Source: Pseudomonadota bacterium (GTDB taxonomy: Bacteria > Pseudomonadota > Alphaproteobacteria > Micavibrionales > UBA2020). From it: a stretch of DNA of 60,870 bases. A program made the position numbers and the translations under genes. Shown here one piece after another: positions 40,101 to 53,247 of this stretch. The notes beneath the pieces are model-generated. The model searched no databases, was not told the origin of the DNA, and saw only the letters and a program-made list of their open reading frames with translations. The DNA lies in the NCBI GenBank assembly GCA_021805245.1, contig JAJZFS010000013.1, positions 1 through 60,870 on the forward strand, in the 5' to 3' direction. Every line of letters starts with the position of its first letter. Position 1 is the stretch's first letter.

Positions 40101-40987
40101 GTTGGCGTCCAGTGTTCCTGTTTACGTTTTTTGTCGGAAGCGTAATCAAAATAAAAGTCAAGAATTTTGGAGGTAAGCTTACCAAGCTTGCCGTCGCCGA
40201 TTTTATACCCGTCGATCGAGACAATTGGCATCACCAGCGTCGTTGCGGCTGTGATGAAGGCTTCTTTGGCCTTGTAGGCCTCGGCGGGGGTGAAAGCGCG
40301 CTCGACTAGCTTTACGCCTTCCTTCTTGCACAAGGCCTGAATAGCATTGCGCGTCACGCCTTTGAGGATATCATTGTGATCGGTCGGGCGGGTGACGAGT
40401 GTGCCTTTTTTGTCGACGATCCACGCGTTGGTCGAAGAGCCTTCGGTGATAAAGCCGTCGTCATCCACCATCAACGCTTCGTACGCACCACGGTCGACCG
40501 CCATTTGCTTGGCGAGTACCTGCGCGGTGAGGCAGGTCGCTTTGATGTCACGGCGTTTCCAGCGGAGATCCGGCACGGTGACGGCTTTCTTGAGCAGATT
40601 TTTGCGCTCCGCCATGTCGAAACGCGCGCAGCCGATGGCGGAAACGACCAGCGTCGGTTTGATGTCGCCTTGCGGAAACTTGAAATCGCGCGGTGCAGCC
40701 CCGCGTGTGACTTGAATGTAAACATAGGCGTTTTTGATCCTGTTGCGGCGGATAAATTCGCGCATCACCAGTTGCAGCGCTTTGCGCGGCATCGGCATAG
40801 CGATGCGCATTTCGCGAAGAGAGCGTTCCAGCCGGTCGAGATGCCCAACCTCGTCGGCAAAATGCCCGCTCACACAAGAAATCACTTCATAAACGCCGTC
40901 GGCGAACTGAAAGCCGCGGTCTTCGATATGCACGGCGGCTTCGCCATGCGGAACATAATGGCCATTGACGTATGAGTAACGCGGCAT
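40097..40987 (-). CDS. dat: D-amino-acid transaminase (class IV aminotransferase)
   Basis: EDRGFQFADGVYEV, RWKRRDIK, TEGSSTN, ILKGVTR. Confidence 0.9.
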   Translation of the reverse strand: MPRYSYVNGHYVPHGEAAVHIEDRGFQFADGVYEVISCVSGHFADEVGHLDRLERSLREMRIAMPMPRKALQLVMREFIRRNRIKNAYVYIQVTRGAAPRDFKFPQGDIKPTLVVSAIGCARFDMAERKNLLKKAVTVPDLRWKRRDIKATCLTAQVLAKQMAVDRGAYEALMVDDDGFITEGSSTNAWIVDKKGTLVTRPTDHNDILKGVTRNAIQALCKKEGVKLVERAFTPAEAYKAKEAFITAATTLVMPIVSIDGYKIGDGKLGKLTSKILDFYFDYASDKKRKQEHWTPT

Positions 40988-40990
40988 GGC

Positions 40991-42397
40991 TTATCCCGCG
41001 CCCCGTTCTTTCTCGCTCTCATCCTTTTCATTCGTCTGGATGCCGAGGGACTTGAGCTTGCGGTGCAGCGCCGAACGTTCCATGCCGATAAAGCCGGCGG
41101 TCTTCGAGATATTGCCGCCGAAACGGTTGACCTGCGAGAGCAGATATTCGCGCTCGAAAATTTCCCGCGCCTCGCGCAGCGGCTTCGACATGAGTTCCAC
41201 GACATCCTGCCCGCGCACCATCGCTTCGGCTTTCTGCTTCAAATCCGGCGGCATCATGTCGGCGGTGATCGGCGTCTCCGTCTCGCCCGCCGCCATGATC
41301 AGCAGCCATTCGATGATGTTGCGCAACTGCCGGACGTTGCCCGGCCAGTCGTAAGACTGCATCAGCGCGATAGCATCGGGCGCGAAGGTGCGCGGCGGCG
41401 TATTGGCTGAAAGCGCCGCCTGTTGCATGAAATATTCTGCTAGCAAGGGAATGTCGTCGAGCCTTGCGCTCAGCGACGGCATGCCGATCGGCACGACGTT
41501 GAGGCGGTAATAAAGGTCTTCGCGGAACCTGCCCACCTTCATCAGCTCCGGCAAATCCTGATTGGTCGCGGCAATCACGCGCACGTCGACGTCGATCCGC
41601 TCCGTGCCGCCGAGGCGGGTGAAATGCTGGTCCTGCAGCACGCGCACGATCTTGGCCTGCGTTTCCGGCGGCATATCCGCCACTTCGTCGAGGAACAGTG
41701 TGCCGCCGTTGGCCTGCTCGAGAACGCCCTGCTGCCTGCCGGACGCGCCCTCCGTGCCGAACAGTTCCCTCTCGAGGCGTTCCGGCGAAAGGATGGCGCA
41801 GTTGATCACGATATAATTTTTATCCGCGCGCTTGGAGTGTGCGTGCAGCATGCGCGCGGCGATGTTCTTGCCCGTGCCGGGCTGACCGGTGATCAGCACG
41901 CGGCTGCCCGTCGGCGCGACGCGCAGAATGCTCTGCCGCACCTGCTGCATCAACAATGAATCGCCGTAAAGCGTCGTCTCGCTGCCAAGCGCGCGCACGC
42001 GCAGTTCCTGATTTTCGCGGCGCAGGCGCCCCGCTTCCACCGCGCGCTGGGTCAGCACCAGCAGGCGGTCGGATTTGAAAGGCTTCTCGATAAAATCATA
42101 CGCGCCGAGCTGGATCGCCGAGACAGCCGTCTCGATGCTGCCGTGACCGCTGATCATGATGACCGGCATGTGGGGATGGCTTTTGGTCAGCTTTTTCAAA
42201 AGCGCCATGCCGTCCATATCGCTGTCCTCGAGCCAGATGTCGAGCACAACCACATCGGGCGCTTTTTCGGAGATGATCTGCACGGCGGTCTGCGAGTCCT
42301 TGGCCGTGGCCGTCTCGTAGCCCTCGTCGCTCAGGATGCCCTGAATGAGAGACCGGATATCCTCCTGATCATCGACAATAAGAATATTGGCAGACAT
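40991..42397 (-). CDS. ntrX: Response regulator NtrX
   Basis: LDIWL receiver, AAA+ domain lacking GAFTGA, GMERSALHRKLK HTH. Confidence 0.94.
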   Translation of the reverse strand: MSANILIVDDQEDIRSLIQGILSDEGYETATAKDSQTAVQIISEKAPDVVVLDIWLEDSDMDGMALLKKLTKSHPHMPVIMISGHGSIETAVSAIQLGAYDFIEKPFKSDRLLVLTQRAVEAGRLRRENQELRVRALGSETTLYGDSLLMQQVRQSILRVAPTGSRVLITGQPGTGKNIAARMLHAHSKRADKNYIVINCAILSPERLERELFGTEGASGRQQGVLEQANGGTLFLDEVADMPPETQAKIVRVLQDQHFTRLGGTERIDVDVRVIAATNQDLPELMKVGRFREDLYYRLNVVPIGMPSLSARLDDIPLLAEYFMQQAALSANTPPRTFAPDAIALMQSYDWPGNVRQLRNIIEWLLIMAAGETETPITADMMPPDLKQKAEAMVRGQDVVELMSKPLREAREIFEREYLLSQVNRFGGNISKTAGFIGMERSALHRKLKSLGIQTNEKDESEKERGAG

Positions 42398-42398
42398 G

Positions 42399-44573
42399 TT
42401 ACGACCTTATATCCTGCGGAAAGACAATTGTGGCTTTTGCACCACCCCCTGTGTCCTGAAGGACACTATTCTCCAATACCACACTTCCCTCATGGTCTTC
42501 CATAATTTTTTTAACAATCGCAAGCCCAAGCCCTGATCCCTTCTTTTTGGTCGTCACATAGGGCTCCAAAATCTGGTCTTTGACTTTTTCTGGTAAACCA
42601 AGACCATCATCCTCAACGGAAATCAAGATATTTTCGCCGCGCTGCTCGACCACCAGTTTAACGGAGCCCTCACCCGGCTTTTGCTGCTGGCGCTCGTGCA
42701 CCGAGTCGATCGCGTTTTGCAAAAGGTTGGTAACGACGCGCGTCAACTGGGAACGGTCGCAATTGGCGGTGATCGCCGGCGCAGAGGCGATAAAGCCGAA
42801 ATGCAGATCGGGGTATGCCTGCTTCTGCAGTTCCAGCGCGTCCTGACACATGGAAACAACATCTTCCATCTGCTTGTTCGCATTGGGCATGCGCGCATAA
42901 GCCGAGAATTCGCCGACCATGCGCCCGATATCGCTGACCTGCCGCACGATGGTATCAGTGCATTTCTCGAACGTCTCCGGATCTTCATGTATCTGCGGCA
43001 GATATTTGCGCTTCAAACGCTCGGCGGAGAGCTGGATGGGCGTCAGCGGATTCTTGATCTCGTGCGCGATGCGCCGCGCCACATCCGCCCATGCGGATTT
43101 TTTCTGCGCCGACACCAGCGCGGAAATATCGTCGATGGTCGCGACCGCGCCCGCGCCACCCCGCTCCGCCGTAATGCGCAAAAACACCGTCTTGCGCGGC
43201 CCTGTGCCAGCGGCGAATTCTATCTGCAGGGCTGCGGGCTTGTCGGGCGACTGGTGCGCCTTTTGCAACAGGTCTGCCGCCTCCGGCACCAAATCGACCA
43301 GCCGCGCGCCGGTAAAATCATGCTCATTGTCGCCTACCAGAACTTCCGCGGCGCGCGAATTGGCCAGCGTGATAAAGCCTTCCGCATCAAGACCGATGAT
43401 GCCCGACGACGCGCCCGACAAAACGGCCTCCGTGAAACGCCGCCTTTCATCCAGCATCCGGTTGGCGGCGACCAGTTCGTCACGCTGTTCCCCGATCTGC
43501 TGCGTCATACGATTGAAGGCGCGGCCCAGCAGGCCGATCTCGTCGTCATGAGTGGATTCCGGCACGCGCACGCTCATGTCGCCGCGCCGCACGCGCTCCG
43601 CCGCCATAATCAGCGCGCTGACCGGCGCGACCAGCTGCTCGGCGAAAACAAGCCCGAACCACACCGCCGCCAGCAGCAGTAGCAACGCCACCGCGATAAA
43701 CACCGCCGTGACGGACACCTGCAACTGCGTCTTGCGTCCCTGCAGCGTCGTATATTCCCTGACCGCTTCTTCGGTGGTGCGCATATGCGCCAGCACGGTC
43801 GCATCCACCAGACGCCCGACATAAAGATAACTGTCGAAATAGCCGTCGAGCTTGACGAGCGCTCGGATGTGCGAATGGTCGTTGCCGGTAATCAGCACGA
43901 CGTTGCCGTCCTGCGCCCTGTTGAACAGTTTCTGCGGAATCCGCGCCAGTTCGAGCGTGAAGGCCAGCTTAGAGTGGGCACGGATACGTCCGTCCGACGT
44001 GACGATGATGGCCTCCGGCAAATTGCGCAATTGCGACTCGGTTTCAAGATAGTCGTTCAGCGCCGGCCCGTCGTTGGCCAGCTCCGGCGCCTCGCGGTTG
44101 AGGTCGTTCACCATTGCCAGAACGTCGGCACGCATCACTTCCTTGTGTTCTTTCAGGTACGCCTGCGCGACTTCGAGCGATTCATGCACCGCTGTGCTGA
44201 CGCGGGCGTTAAACCACGCGTGGATGCCGAAATAAAGAAAGATGGAGGAGAACAGCGCCATCAAAATCGCCGGCGCCGCCGCCAGAACGCCGAAGATGAA
44301 GACGAGGCGGACGTGCAGCTTTGCGCCCGCGATGCCGCGCTTCCTTTCACTCCATAAACGCACCGCCTGCCGCGCAACCACCGTGCCCATCAGCAGGAGC
44401 AGCACAAGGTCGAGGTTGAGCAGCCAGTAAATCGTATCGATGTCCGTCGACCGCCGCGTCAAAACGGAATAGGTGGCAAGGCACGACGCCACTGCCGCAA
44501 CGGTCAGCAGAACCGCGGCACGGCGCGACAGAACAAGACGCTTGAGATAATTTAAAAGACTCTGACCCTTCAT
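42399..44573 (-). CDS. ntrY: Sensor histidine kinase NtrY
   Basis: GAKLHVRLV, HAMP and PAS, WADVARRIAHEIKNPLTPIQLSAERL. Confidence 0.94.
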   Translation of the reverse strand: MKGQSLLNYLKRLVLSRRAAVLLTVAAVASCLATYSVLTRRSTDIDTIYWLLNLDLVLLLLMGTVVARQAVRLWSERKRGIAGAKLHVRLVFIFGVLAAAPAILMALFSSIFLYFGIHAWFNARVSTAVHESLEVAQAYLKEHKEVMRADVLAMVNDLNREAPELANDGPALNDYLETESQLRNLPEAIIVTSDGRIRAHSKLAFTLELARIPQKLFNRAQDGNVVLITGNDHSHIRALVKLDGYFDSYLYVGRLVDATVLAHMRTTEEAVREYTTLQGRKTQLQVSVTAVFIAVALLLLLAAVWFGLVFAEQLVAPVSALIMAAERVRRGDMSVRVPESTHDDEIGLLGRAFNRMTQQIGEQRDELVAANRMLDERRRFTEAVLSGASSGIIGLDAEGFITLANSRAAEVLVGDNEHDFTGARLVDLVPEAADLLQKAHQSPDKPAALQIEFAAGTGPRKTVFLRITAERGGAGAVATIDDISALVSAQKKSAWADVARRIAHEIKNPLTPIQLSAERLKRKYLPQIHEDPETFEKCTDTIVRQVSDIGRMVGEFSAYARMPNANKQMEDVVSMCQDALELQKQAYPDLHFGFIASAPAITANCDRSQLTRVVTNLLQNAIDSVHERQQQKPGEGSVKLVVEQRGENILISVEDDGLGLPEKVKDQILEPYVTTKKKGSGLGLAIVKKIMEDHEGSVVLENSVLQDTGGGAKATIVFPQDIRS

Positions 44574-46018
44574 TTTTTTACCTCGATGCCCAGCTGGCGG
44601 ATTTTGACGCGCAGCGTGTTGCGGTTGATGCCCAGCGCCGCCGCCGCCTTGATCTGGTTGCCCTCCGTCCGGCGCAACACCCATTCGATCAACGGCTTCT
44701 CGGCAGCCGAGACCACGAAAGCATGCAAGTCCGACAGGCCTTCTGCCGGAAGATGTCCGTAGTTGCCGTCAAAATACTCCGTCACCAGATTGCTCATACC
44801 CTGCGGCAGACCTTCACCCGCCGCCGTATCATCGGCCAAGGATGCGGGCGTTGCAAGTTGGGCAAGTTCTTTCTGCACGTCGGCATATTCGATGACATCA
44901 TAAGTATGCAACGCTGTCAGGCGCCGCACGAGGCTTTCCAACTCGCGGATGTTGCCGGGCCACGGGAACGCCTGCAGCGCCGCGACGGCCTTTGGTTCAA
45001 AAACCTTAAGTGATCCCGAAGACAGGACGAAATGCTGCACCAGCGCGGGAATGTCTTCTTTGCGCTCGCGCAGAGGTGGAATATGGATCGGCACGACGTT
45101 GAGCCGGTGATAAAGATCGTGCCGGAATTTTCCGTCGGCGATCAGCTGGTGCACGGCGCGGTTGGTCGCTGCGATGATGCGCACGTTCGTTTTGACGGCC
45201 TTGCGCCCGCCGACGGGCGTGAACTCGCCTTCCTGCAATACCCGCAGGAGGCGCGTCTGCGCTTCCATCGGCATATCGCCGATCTCGTCGAGAAACAACG
45301 TGCCGCCCGCGGCTTGCGCAAAACGCCCCTCGCAGCGCTGCACCGCACCGGTAAAGGCGCCTCTTTCGTGGCCGAACAGTTCGCTTTCAATCAATTCTTT
45401 CGGGATCGCCGCCATGTTGACGGCGACGAACGGCCCGCTCTTGCGGCGGCTGAATTCATGCAATGCGCGCGCGATAATCTCCTTGCCCGTACCGGATTCG
45501 CCGGAAACCAGAACGGAGAGATCGGCATTCGTCAGCCGCGCTATGATGCTGTAAATCTTCCGCATCGCGGGCGACTGCCCGACGATAAACGTTTTGTTCA
45601 GCGCACGCGTCGTGCCGTCGGGCGCCTTCTCCTCGCGCACAAGAACACGGGTCTGCCGCAGGGCGTTTTTCACCATGTCGAGAAGCTGGTCGATGTCGAA
45701 CGGCTTGGGCAGAAAATCCATCGCGCCTTTTTCAACCGCAGAAACGGCAGTCGTCAGCGCATTTTGCGCGCTCATGACGATGACTTTCATCTCCGGACGG
45801 CGGCCATGGATCTTCGGAATAAGATCAATCCCGTTTTCGCCTGGCATCAGCACGTCGGTGATGACAAGATCGCCCACGCCGTTCGCCACCCATTTGTAAA
45901 GCGTCGCGCCATTGTCCGTCGCATTGACGTCATAGCCCGCGCGTTTCAGCGCCTGCGTCAGGACAGTGCGGACGGACTGGTCGTCATCCGCGACGAGAAT
46001 GGTTTTGACCCCCGTCAT
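44570..46018 (-). CDS. ntrC: Nitrogen regulation protein NR(I), NtrC
   Basis: Receiver, GESGTGKE, ESELFGHERGAFTGA, GNQIKAAAALGINRNTLR. Confidence 0.94.
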   Translation of the reverse strand: MTGVKTILVADDDQSVRTVLTQALKRAGYDVNATDNGATLYKWVANGVGDLVITDVLMPGENGIDLIPKIHGRRPEMKVIVMSAQNALTTAVSAVEKGAMDFLPKPFDIDQLLDMVKNALRQTRVLVREEKAPDGTTRALNKTFIVGQSPAMRKIYSIIARLTNADLSVLVSGESGTGKEIIARALHEFSRRKSGPFVAVNMAAIPKELIESELFGHERGAFTGAVQRCEGRFAQAAGGTLFLDEIGDMPMEAQTRLLRVLQEGEFTPVGGRKAVKTNVRIIAATNRAVHQLIADGKFRHDLYHRLNVVPIHIPPLRERKEDIPALVQHFVLSSGSLKVFEPKAVAALQAFPWPGNIRELESLVRRLTALHTYDVIEYADVQKELAQLATPASLADDTAAGEGLPQGMSNLVTEYFDGNYGHLPAEGLSDLHAFVVSAAEKPLIEWVLRRTEGNQIKAAAALGINRNTLRVKIRQLGIEVKK

Positions 46019-47100
46019 GGTTTTTCTCCCAACGGCAAGCTGATTTTGAACACGGTGCGCGACGGGCGGCTCTCGACACCGATCGTGCCGCCGTGATTGT
46101 CGATGATTTTCGAAACGATGGAAAGGCCAAGCCCCTGCCCGTTCGTCTTGGTCGTGAAATATGGCTGGAAGATGCGGCTGGCGGCATCCGGCGCAATGCC
46201 GGGGCCGTTGTCCTCGATCTCTATGCACAACGGCAGTTTTTCGGGACGCTCGGGATGATACGCCGCGGCGTTATCGTAGTAAGTGCGCAGAATGATTCTG
46301 CCTTTTTCGTCTCCGATCCCTTCGGCAGCGTTGCGGACAAGATTTTGCGTCGCCTGCACCAGATGCTCGAAATGCCCCCGTACTTCCGGCAGTGACGGAT
46401 CAAAATCTGCGACGACTTCAACGTCCACATAGGCCGCGCCCGCCGCCTGCATGACATGGTTCAAAACCGCGTGCAGGTTGACGGGTTTATAATGTTCATG
46501 CGGCACGTCGTCGAAAATATTGAATTTCTCCACCAGCTCCTGAATGCGCCGCGTCTCGCGGCCGATCAGCCCGACGAGTTCTTTGTCTTCCTTGCCGAGC
46601 TTCGCCTTTTCCAGCAGTTGCGCCGCGCCGCGGATGCCCGCCAGCGGGTTTTTCACTTCATGCGCCAGCATCCGCGCCAGCATCTGCGTCGATTGCAGGG
46701 AATATTTCGTTTTTTCGTTCCACGCACCGGAAAGCTGCGCCATCTGCGGGCGGATCACCAGCATATGTCCGGCACCGAAAACATGCGTGACAATCGAAAC
46801 GCTGCCCGCCGGCTTATCGTTTACCGTCACGTCATAAACGGTGATGTTTTGACTTTTGCGCACCGCCGCTTCCACCGCCGCGCATACGGCCTGTTTTTCA
46901 CCCAGAAGGTCCTGCAGACAGGCGCCCAGCAACTGTTTTTGCCCACGGCAGAAAAGCTGCTGCGCCGCATCGTTGGCAAAGGTGACGTGCAGCACCGAAT
47001 CAAATCCGATCACGGCATCGGGCAGCGCCTCCATCAGCGCAAGTCCCGACGGCACCTCTGAAACTTTTCTTTCCAAGACTTTTCTCTTTGCCCGCATCAT
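46015..47100 (-). CDS. ntrB: Nitrogen regulation kinase NR(II), NtrB
   Basis: PAS, LAHEVKNPLAGIRGAAQLL, DPSLP, GQGLGLS. Confidence 0.92.
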   Translation of the reverse strand: MMRAKRKVLERKVSEVPSGLALMEALPDAVIGFDSVLHVTFANDAAQQLFCRGQKQLLGACLQDLLGEKQAVCAAVEAAVRKSQNITVYDVTVNDKPAGSVSIVTHVFGAGHMLVIRPQMAQLSGAWNEKTKYSLQSTQMLARMLAHEVKNPLAGIRGAAQLLEKAKLGKEDKELVGLIGRETRRIQELVEKFNIFDDVPHEHYKPVNLHAVLNHVMQAAGAAYVDVEVVADFDPSLPEVRGHFEHLVQATQNLVRNAAEGIGDEKGRIILRTYYDNAAAYHPERPEKLPLCIEIEDNGPGIAPDAASRIFQPYFTTKTNGQGLGLSIVSKIIDNHGGTIGVESRPSRTVFKISLPLGEKP

Positions 47101-47116
47101 GCCGCTTTTTTACTCA

Positions 47117-47133
47117 TGCCTAATTTTTATGCA
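47117..47133. promoter_or_regulatory. Putative NtrC-binding site (autoregulation)
   Basis: TGC-CTAATTTTTAT-GCA (TGC-N11-GCA, AT-rich core) immediately upstream of ntrB. Confidence 0.55.
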
Positions 47134-47280
47134 CGGCGTTATATGTGCGATAAATCCGCCTGAAAGGCAAGCAGTAAAATCTTAATTTTGATATAAGATA
47201 TTGAGATATAATAATTTTATGAGGAGATTTTGTTGGTCCGCACGGCAAGAATGCGGAGGGGGTACGGTTAAAAGTGGAGA

Positions 47281-47330
47281 AAAGAATGCAAAGATCCCGC
47301 CTTCCTTGTGGGGAAAGGCGGGATCTCTTG
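47281..47330 (-). terminator. Intrinsic terminator downstream of ldh
   Basis: AGATCCCGCCTT / AAGGCGGGATCT inverted repeat followed by T-rich sequence on the minus strand. Confidence 0.7.
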
Positions 47331-47371
47331 AGGAGTGCGACATGCGATTTATGCCGCAGTTACGGTAGATT

Positions 47372-48448
47372 TTAAGCCGCTTTGCTGGCCGCCAGCGACT
47401 GGAAGCGTTGCTCGGCGATGCGATCCGCTGCGGCGCTGGTGGAGATACCGTCTGCTTCGGCGCGGCGGAAGATGGACTCGGAAGTCTCGTCGATCTTCCT
47501 GACGTGCGCCTCGACCTGCGCACGATCGTATTTTTTGCCGTTTTTACGGGCCACATGCTCGTAATAAACACTGATCAGGCCACCGGCATTGATCAGGTAG
47601 TCCGGCGCATAGAGAATGTTCATCTCGCGCAGCACGTCGCCATGACGCGCTTCGGCGAGTTGGTTGTTCGCCGCGCCAGCGACGACTTTCGCCTTCAGCA
47701 TCTTGATCGTGCCGTCGTTGATGATAGCGCCGAGCGCGCAGGGAGCGAACACGTCGACATTCTGCTTGTAGATGTCGTCCAACTCGACGGCAGCGGCGCC
47801 GAATTCCTTGACGACCTTCGCGACTCTGTCCTTCTGCACGTCGGTGACGAAAAGTTCCGCGCCATCCGCATGCAGCATCTTGCACAGATTGTAGCCGACG
47901 TTGCCGAGACCCTGCACGGCGACTTTCAGCCCGTGCATGTCGCTGCGGTGCAGACGGTAGCGCACGGCGGCCTTGAGGCCGGTGTAAACGCCCAGCGCCG
48001 TCACGGGCGACGGATCGCCGCTGCCTTCACCGTCATGGAGAACGCCAACGACGTGCTGCGTCTGGGTGTTGATGTTATTCATGTCCTCGACGCTGGTGTT
48101 GACGTCTTCCGCGATGATATAGCGGCCGTTGAAGGTTTCGACCGCGCGGCCCATGGCCTTCATCAGGTCGGGCGTCTTGATCTTCTTCGCGTCGCCGATG
48201 ATGACGGATTTGCCGCCGCCGAGAGGCAGTCCGGTGATCGCAGCTTTGTAGGTCATGCCGCGGGAGAGACGCAGAACGTCGCGCAACGCCTGCTCGTCGC
48301 TGTCGTAGTTCCACATGCGGCATCCGCCGAGCGCGGGACCGAGGTGCGTATTGTGCACCGCGATGATTGCCTTCAGGCCGGTCTTCTCATCGTTGAAAAA
48401 AGACACCTGTTCATGCTGACGAAATTCCGGATGGCTGAATACCGACAT
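47372..48448 (-). CDS. ldh: Leu/Phe/Val dehydrogenase
   Basis: LGPALGGCRM, LSRGMTYK, GGGKSVI, QGLGNVG, GAANNQL, PDYLINAGG. Confidence 0.92.
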   Translation of the reverse strand: MSVFSHPEFRQHEQVSFFNDEKTGLKAIIAVHNTHLGPALGGCRMWNYDSDEQALRDVLRLSRGMTYKAAITGLPLGGGKSVIIGDAKKIKTPDLMKAMGRAVETFNGRYIIAEDVNTSVEDMNNINTQTQHVVGVLHDGEGSGDPSPVTALGVYTGLKAAVRYRLHRSDMHGLKVAVQGLGNVGYNLCKMLHADGAELFVTDVQKDRVAKVVKEFGAAAVELDDIYKQNVDVFAPCALGAIINDGTIKMLKAKVVAGAANNQLAEARHGDVLREMNILYAPDYLINAGGLISVYYEHVARKNGKKYDRAQVEAHVRKIDETSESIFRRAEADGISTSAAADRIAEQRFQSLAASKAA

Positions 48449-48680
48449 ACCAATTGTTCTCCTGGCTACATTTAACACGACTCGGTCCTCCTTATATTAT
48501 ATAATGGATCCGGTCTTGGTCTCGCAGATTTCCACAGACGTTGCAATGCGGTTGGCCGTATTTGTTAGGGCAATAAGCCAAAATTAACGGAAAATTACGT
48601 CAACCGATAAATTTTTATACACAGAAAATAAGGATATGGCATTTTGCGCCGCACAATAGCGATGGCTGCAAAACATGCTG

Positions 48681-49210
48681 CTATGCACAAACAATTTGTT
48701 CCGGTTTCAATTGCTGCGGTGCAAAATTTTTTCTTTCAGGGCCACCATCATGCACGGGGCGATCGGCGAAGCGGCCGAAACTGAGCAAGCGATCATACAT
48801 CACGAGCGCACCCGCCACGCCGACGTTGATGCAGAACTTCATCGGGATCTTGAGCACGTAATCACACCGCGCGAGCATTTCATCGGAGACGTTGCCCTTC
48901 TCGGGGCCGAGAACATAGACGGCCTGCTGCGGATGGCAGAAGCTCGGCAGGTCGACAGCATCAGGCAGAAACTCCACCGCCACCAGCGACGTCTTCATCG
49001 GCAGAACAAGGTCGGACACTTTTTCGAAGCTGTAAAACGGCAGATGGCCGAACGCGTCCGACGTGTCGGACGACTTCATGCCGCGCACATCGACGGTCGG
49101 ATTGACGGTGAAAAAGAAGCTCGCGCCGAAAGAATGCGCCGAGCGCAGCAGATTGCCGACGTTCATCGGCTTGGAAATGCCTTCAACCCCTATGCCGAAA
49201 TAACCGCGCA

Positions 49211-49211
<1 letters not shown>
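48681..49211 (-). CDS. TrmH/SpoU-family RNA methyltransferase
   Basis: NVGNLLRSAHSFG, VLGPEKG, CINVGVAGALVMYDR. Confidence 0.9.
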
Positions 49212-51132
<1,921 letters not shown>

Positions 51133-51136
<4 letters not shown>

Positions 51137-52143
51137 GGTTTGCCTCCACATTGTGCTTTATTCATTAAATAATGGTCGGCCAGAACGATCGCCAGCATCG
51201 CCTCCGCGACCGGAACGCCGCGCAGGCCGACGCAGGGGTCGTGCCGCCCTTTGGTGACTATTTCAGTTTCATGTCCATGTTTATCAATTGTCTCTACCGG
51301 CTGCAAGATGGAGCTGGTCGGCTTGAAGGCCAGCCGCACGACGATATCCTGCCCCGTCGAGATGCCGCCGAGGATGCCGCCTGCGTTGTTGGAGAGGAAA
51401 TGCGGCTTGCCGTCTTTCATACGTATCCGGTCCGCATTTTCCTCGCCCGCCAGCAGCGCCGCGCCAAAGCCCGCACCGATCTCGACGCCTTTGACGGCAT
51501 TGATGCCCATCATGGCTTGCGCGATATCGGCATCCAGCTTGTTGGCCACCGGTGCGCCAAGGCCTGCCGGCACGCCTTTCGCAATCACTTCGACAATCGC
51601 GCCCGCGCTGGAGCCTTTCTTGCGCGTTGCATCAAGAAAGCTTTCCCATTTGGCGGGGTCTGTTTCAGGACCGATTTGCACGACGCGGCCTTCAATCGTC
51701 ACAGCCGGTATAACCAGCCGCGCCACCGCGCCCGCCGCAACACGGCTCGCCGTTTCCCGTGCCGATGACCTGCCGCCGCCGCGATAATCGCGGATGCCGT
51801 ATTTGGCGTCGTAGGTGAAATCCGCATGGCCGGGGCGGTATTTGTCTTTGATCTCGGAATAGTCTTTCGAGCGCTGATCGGTGTTCTCGATCATCAGGCT
51901 GATGGGCGTACCGGTGGTTTTGCCCTCAAACACGCCGGAGAGGATTTTGACTTTATCTTCCTCCTGCCGCTGCGAGACGTTGCGCTGTTGCCCGGGCTTG
52001 CGCAGATCGAGATACTTCTGGATATGCGCTTCGTCAAGCTCCAGCAGCGGCGGCACGCCATCGACAACGCAGCCGATCGCCGGACCGTGGCTTTCGCCCC
52101 ATGTGGTATAGCGGAACAGCGTGCCGAAGGCGTTGGAGGACAT
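51133..52143 (-). CDS. aroC: Chorismate synthase
   Basis: [35 protein letters not shown]. Confidence 0.96.
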
Positions 52144-52976
52144 TAGCCGGAGATACCCTGCAACAACTCCGCCGTCTGTTTCGCGGAATCGACGTTGACC
52201 ATGCCGACGGTGTTGTAGCCGCTGTCGACGTACATGATTTCGCCCGTCACGCCGGAGCCGAGATCGCTCAGGAGAAACAGCCCCGCCCCGCCGACTTCCG
52301 CCGTCGTGACGTTGCGGCGCAGAGGAGAGTTGAGCTCGTTCCATTTCAAGATATAGCGGAAATCGCCGATGCCACTAGCCGCCAGCGTCTTGATCGGCCC
52401 CGCGGAAATGGCGTTGACGCGGATGTTCTGCTTGCCGACGTCGCTCGCCAGATAGCGCACAGAGGCTTCCAGCGCCGCCTTGGCGACGCCCATGACATTG
52501 TAGTGCGGCATGACGCGCTCGGCGCCATGATAGGTCATGGTGATCAGGCTGCCGCCGTTCTTCATCAGCGGCACGGCGCGCTGCGCCACGGCGGTGAAGG
52601 AATAGACGGAAATGTCCATCGTCTTGAGGAAGTTCTCGCGCGTGGTGTCGAGATACAGGCCGTCGAGTTCTTTCTTGTCTGAATAGGCAATGGCGTGCAC
52701 GACGAAATCCAGCTCGCCCCATTCTTTCTCGATGGTGGCGAAAGTATCGTCGATGCTCTTCATGTCGGTCACGTCGCAAGGGACGACGATTTTGGAGCCG
52801 ACGCTCTCCGCCAGCGGACGCACGCGCTTTTCCAGCGCCTCGCCCTGAAAGGTGAAGGCCAGTTCCGCCCCGTGCTTGTGCGTCATGTCGGCGATGCCCC
52901 ACGCGATGGACCGATCGTTCGCAACCCCCATGATGAGACCGCGTTTACCCTGCATAAGAGTGCTTGAAGACGTCAT
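52143..52976 (-). CDS. fabI: Enoyl-ACP reductase (NADH)
   Basis: [32 protein letters not shown]. Confidence 0.96.
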   Translation of the reverse strand: MTSSSTLMQGKRGLIMGVANDRSIAWGIADMTHKHGAELAFTFQGEALEKRVRPLAESVGSKIVVPCDVTDMKSIDDTFATIEKEWGELDFVVHAIAYSDKKELDGLYLDTTRENFLKTMDISVYSFTAVAQRAVPLMKNGGSLITMTYHGAERVMPHYNVMGVAKAALEASVRYLASDVGKQNIRVNAISAGPIKTLAASGIGDFRYILKWNELNSPLRRNVTTAEVGGAGLFLLSDLGSGVTGEIMYVDSGYNTVGMVNVDSAKQTAELLQGISG

Positions 52977-53247
52977 AGTATTTTTTTTCCACATTTCCGA
53001 AAAACGAAAAACCGCTGTATTTTTTAAGGTTGGCGCTTGCATCCTACACAAATGTTTATGCGCGTCCAGCCCCAGACGGCTGATATGGAATTTTTTTCAT
53101 TTTTATGAAATTAAAACGCAAAGCTTGTTCCGGTTACGGTAACTCATTGCCAAGAGATGGCCTCAATATCCATAGCCTGCTTATTGCCGTTGCCGGTCTC
53201 ATGTTCTAGAGTTGAGATTGGTAGAACCGTATCAAGGGAGAATAATA

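Noticed and set aside
48541..48560. Possible sigma54 promoter upstream of ldh
   Set aside because: GG-to-GC spacing is 11, not the required 10
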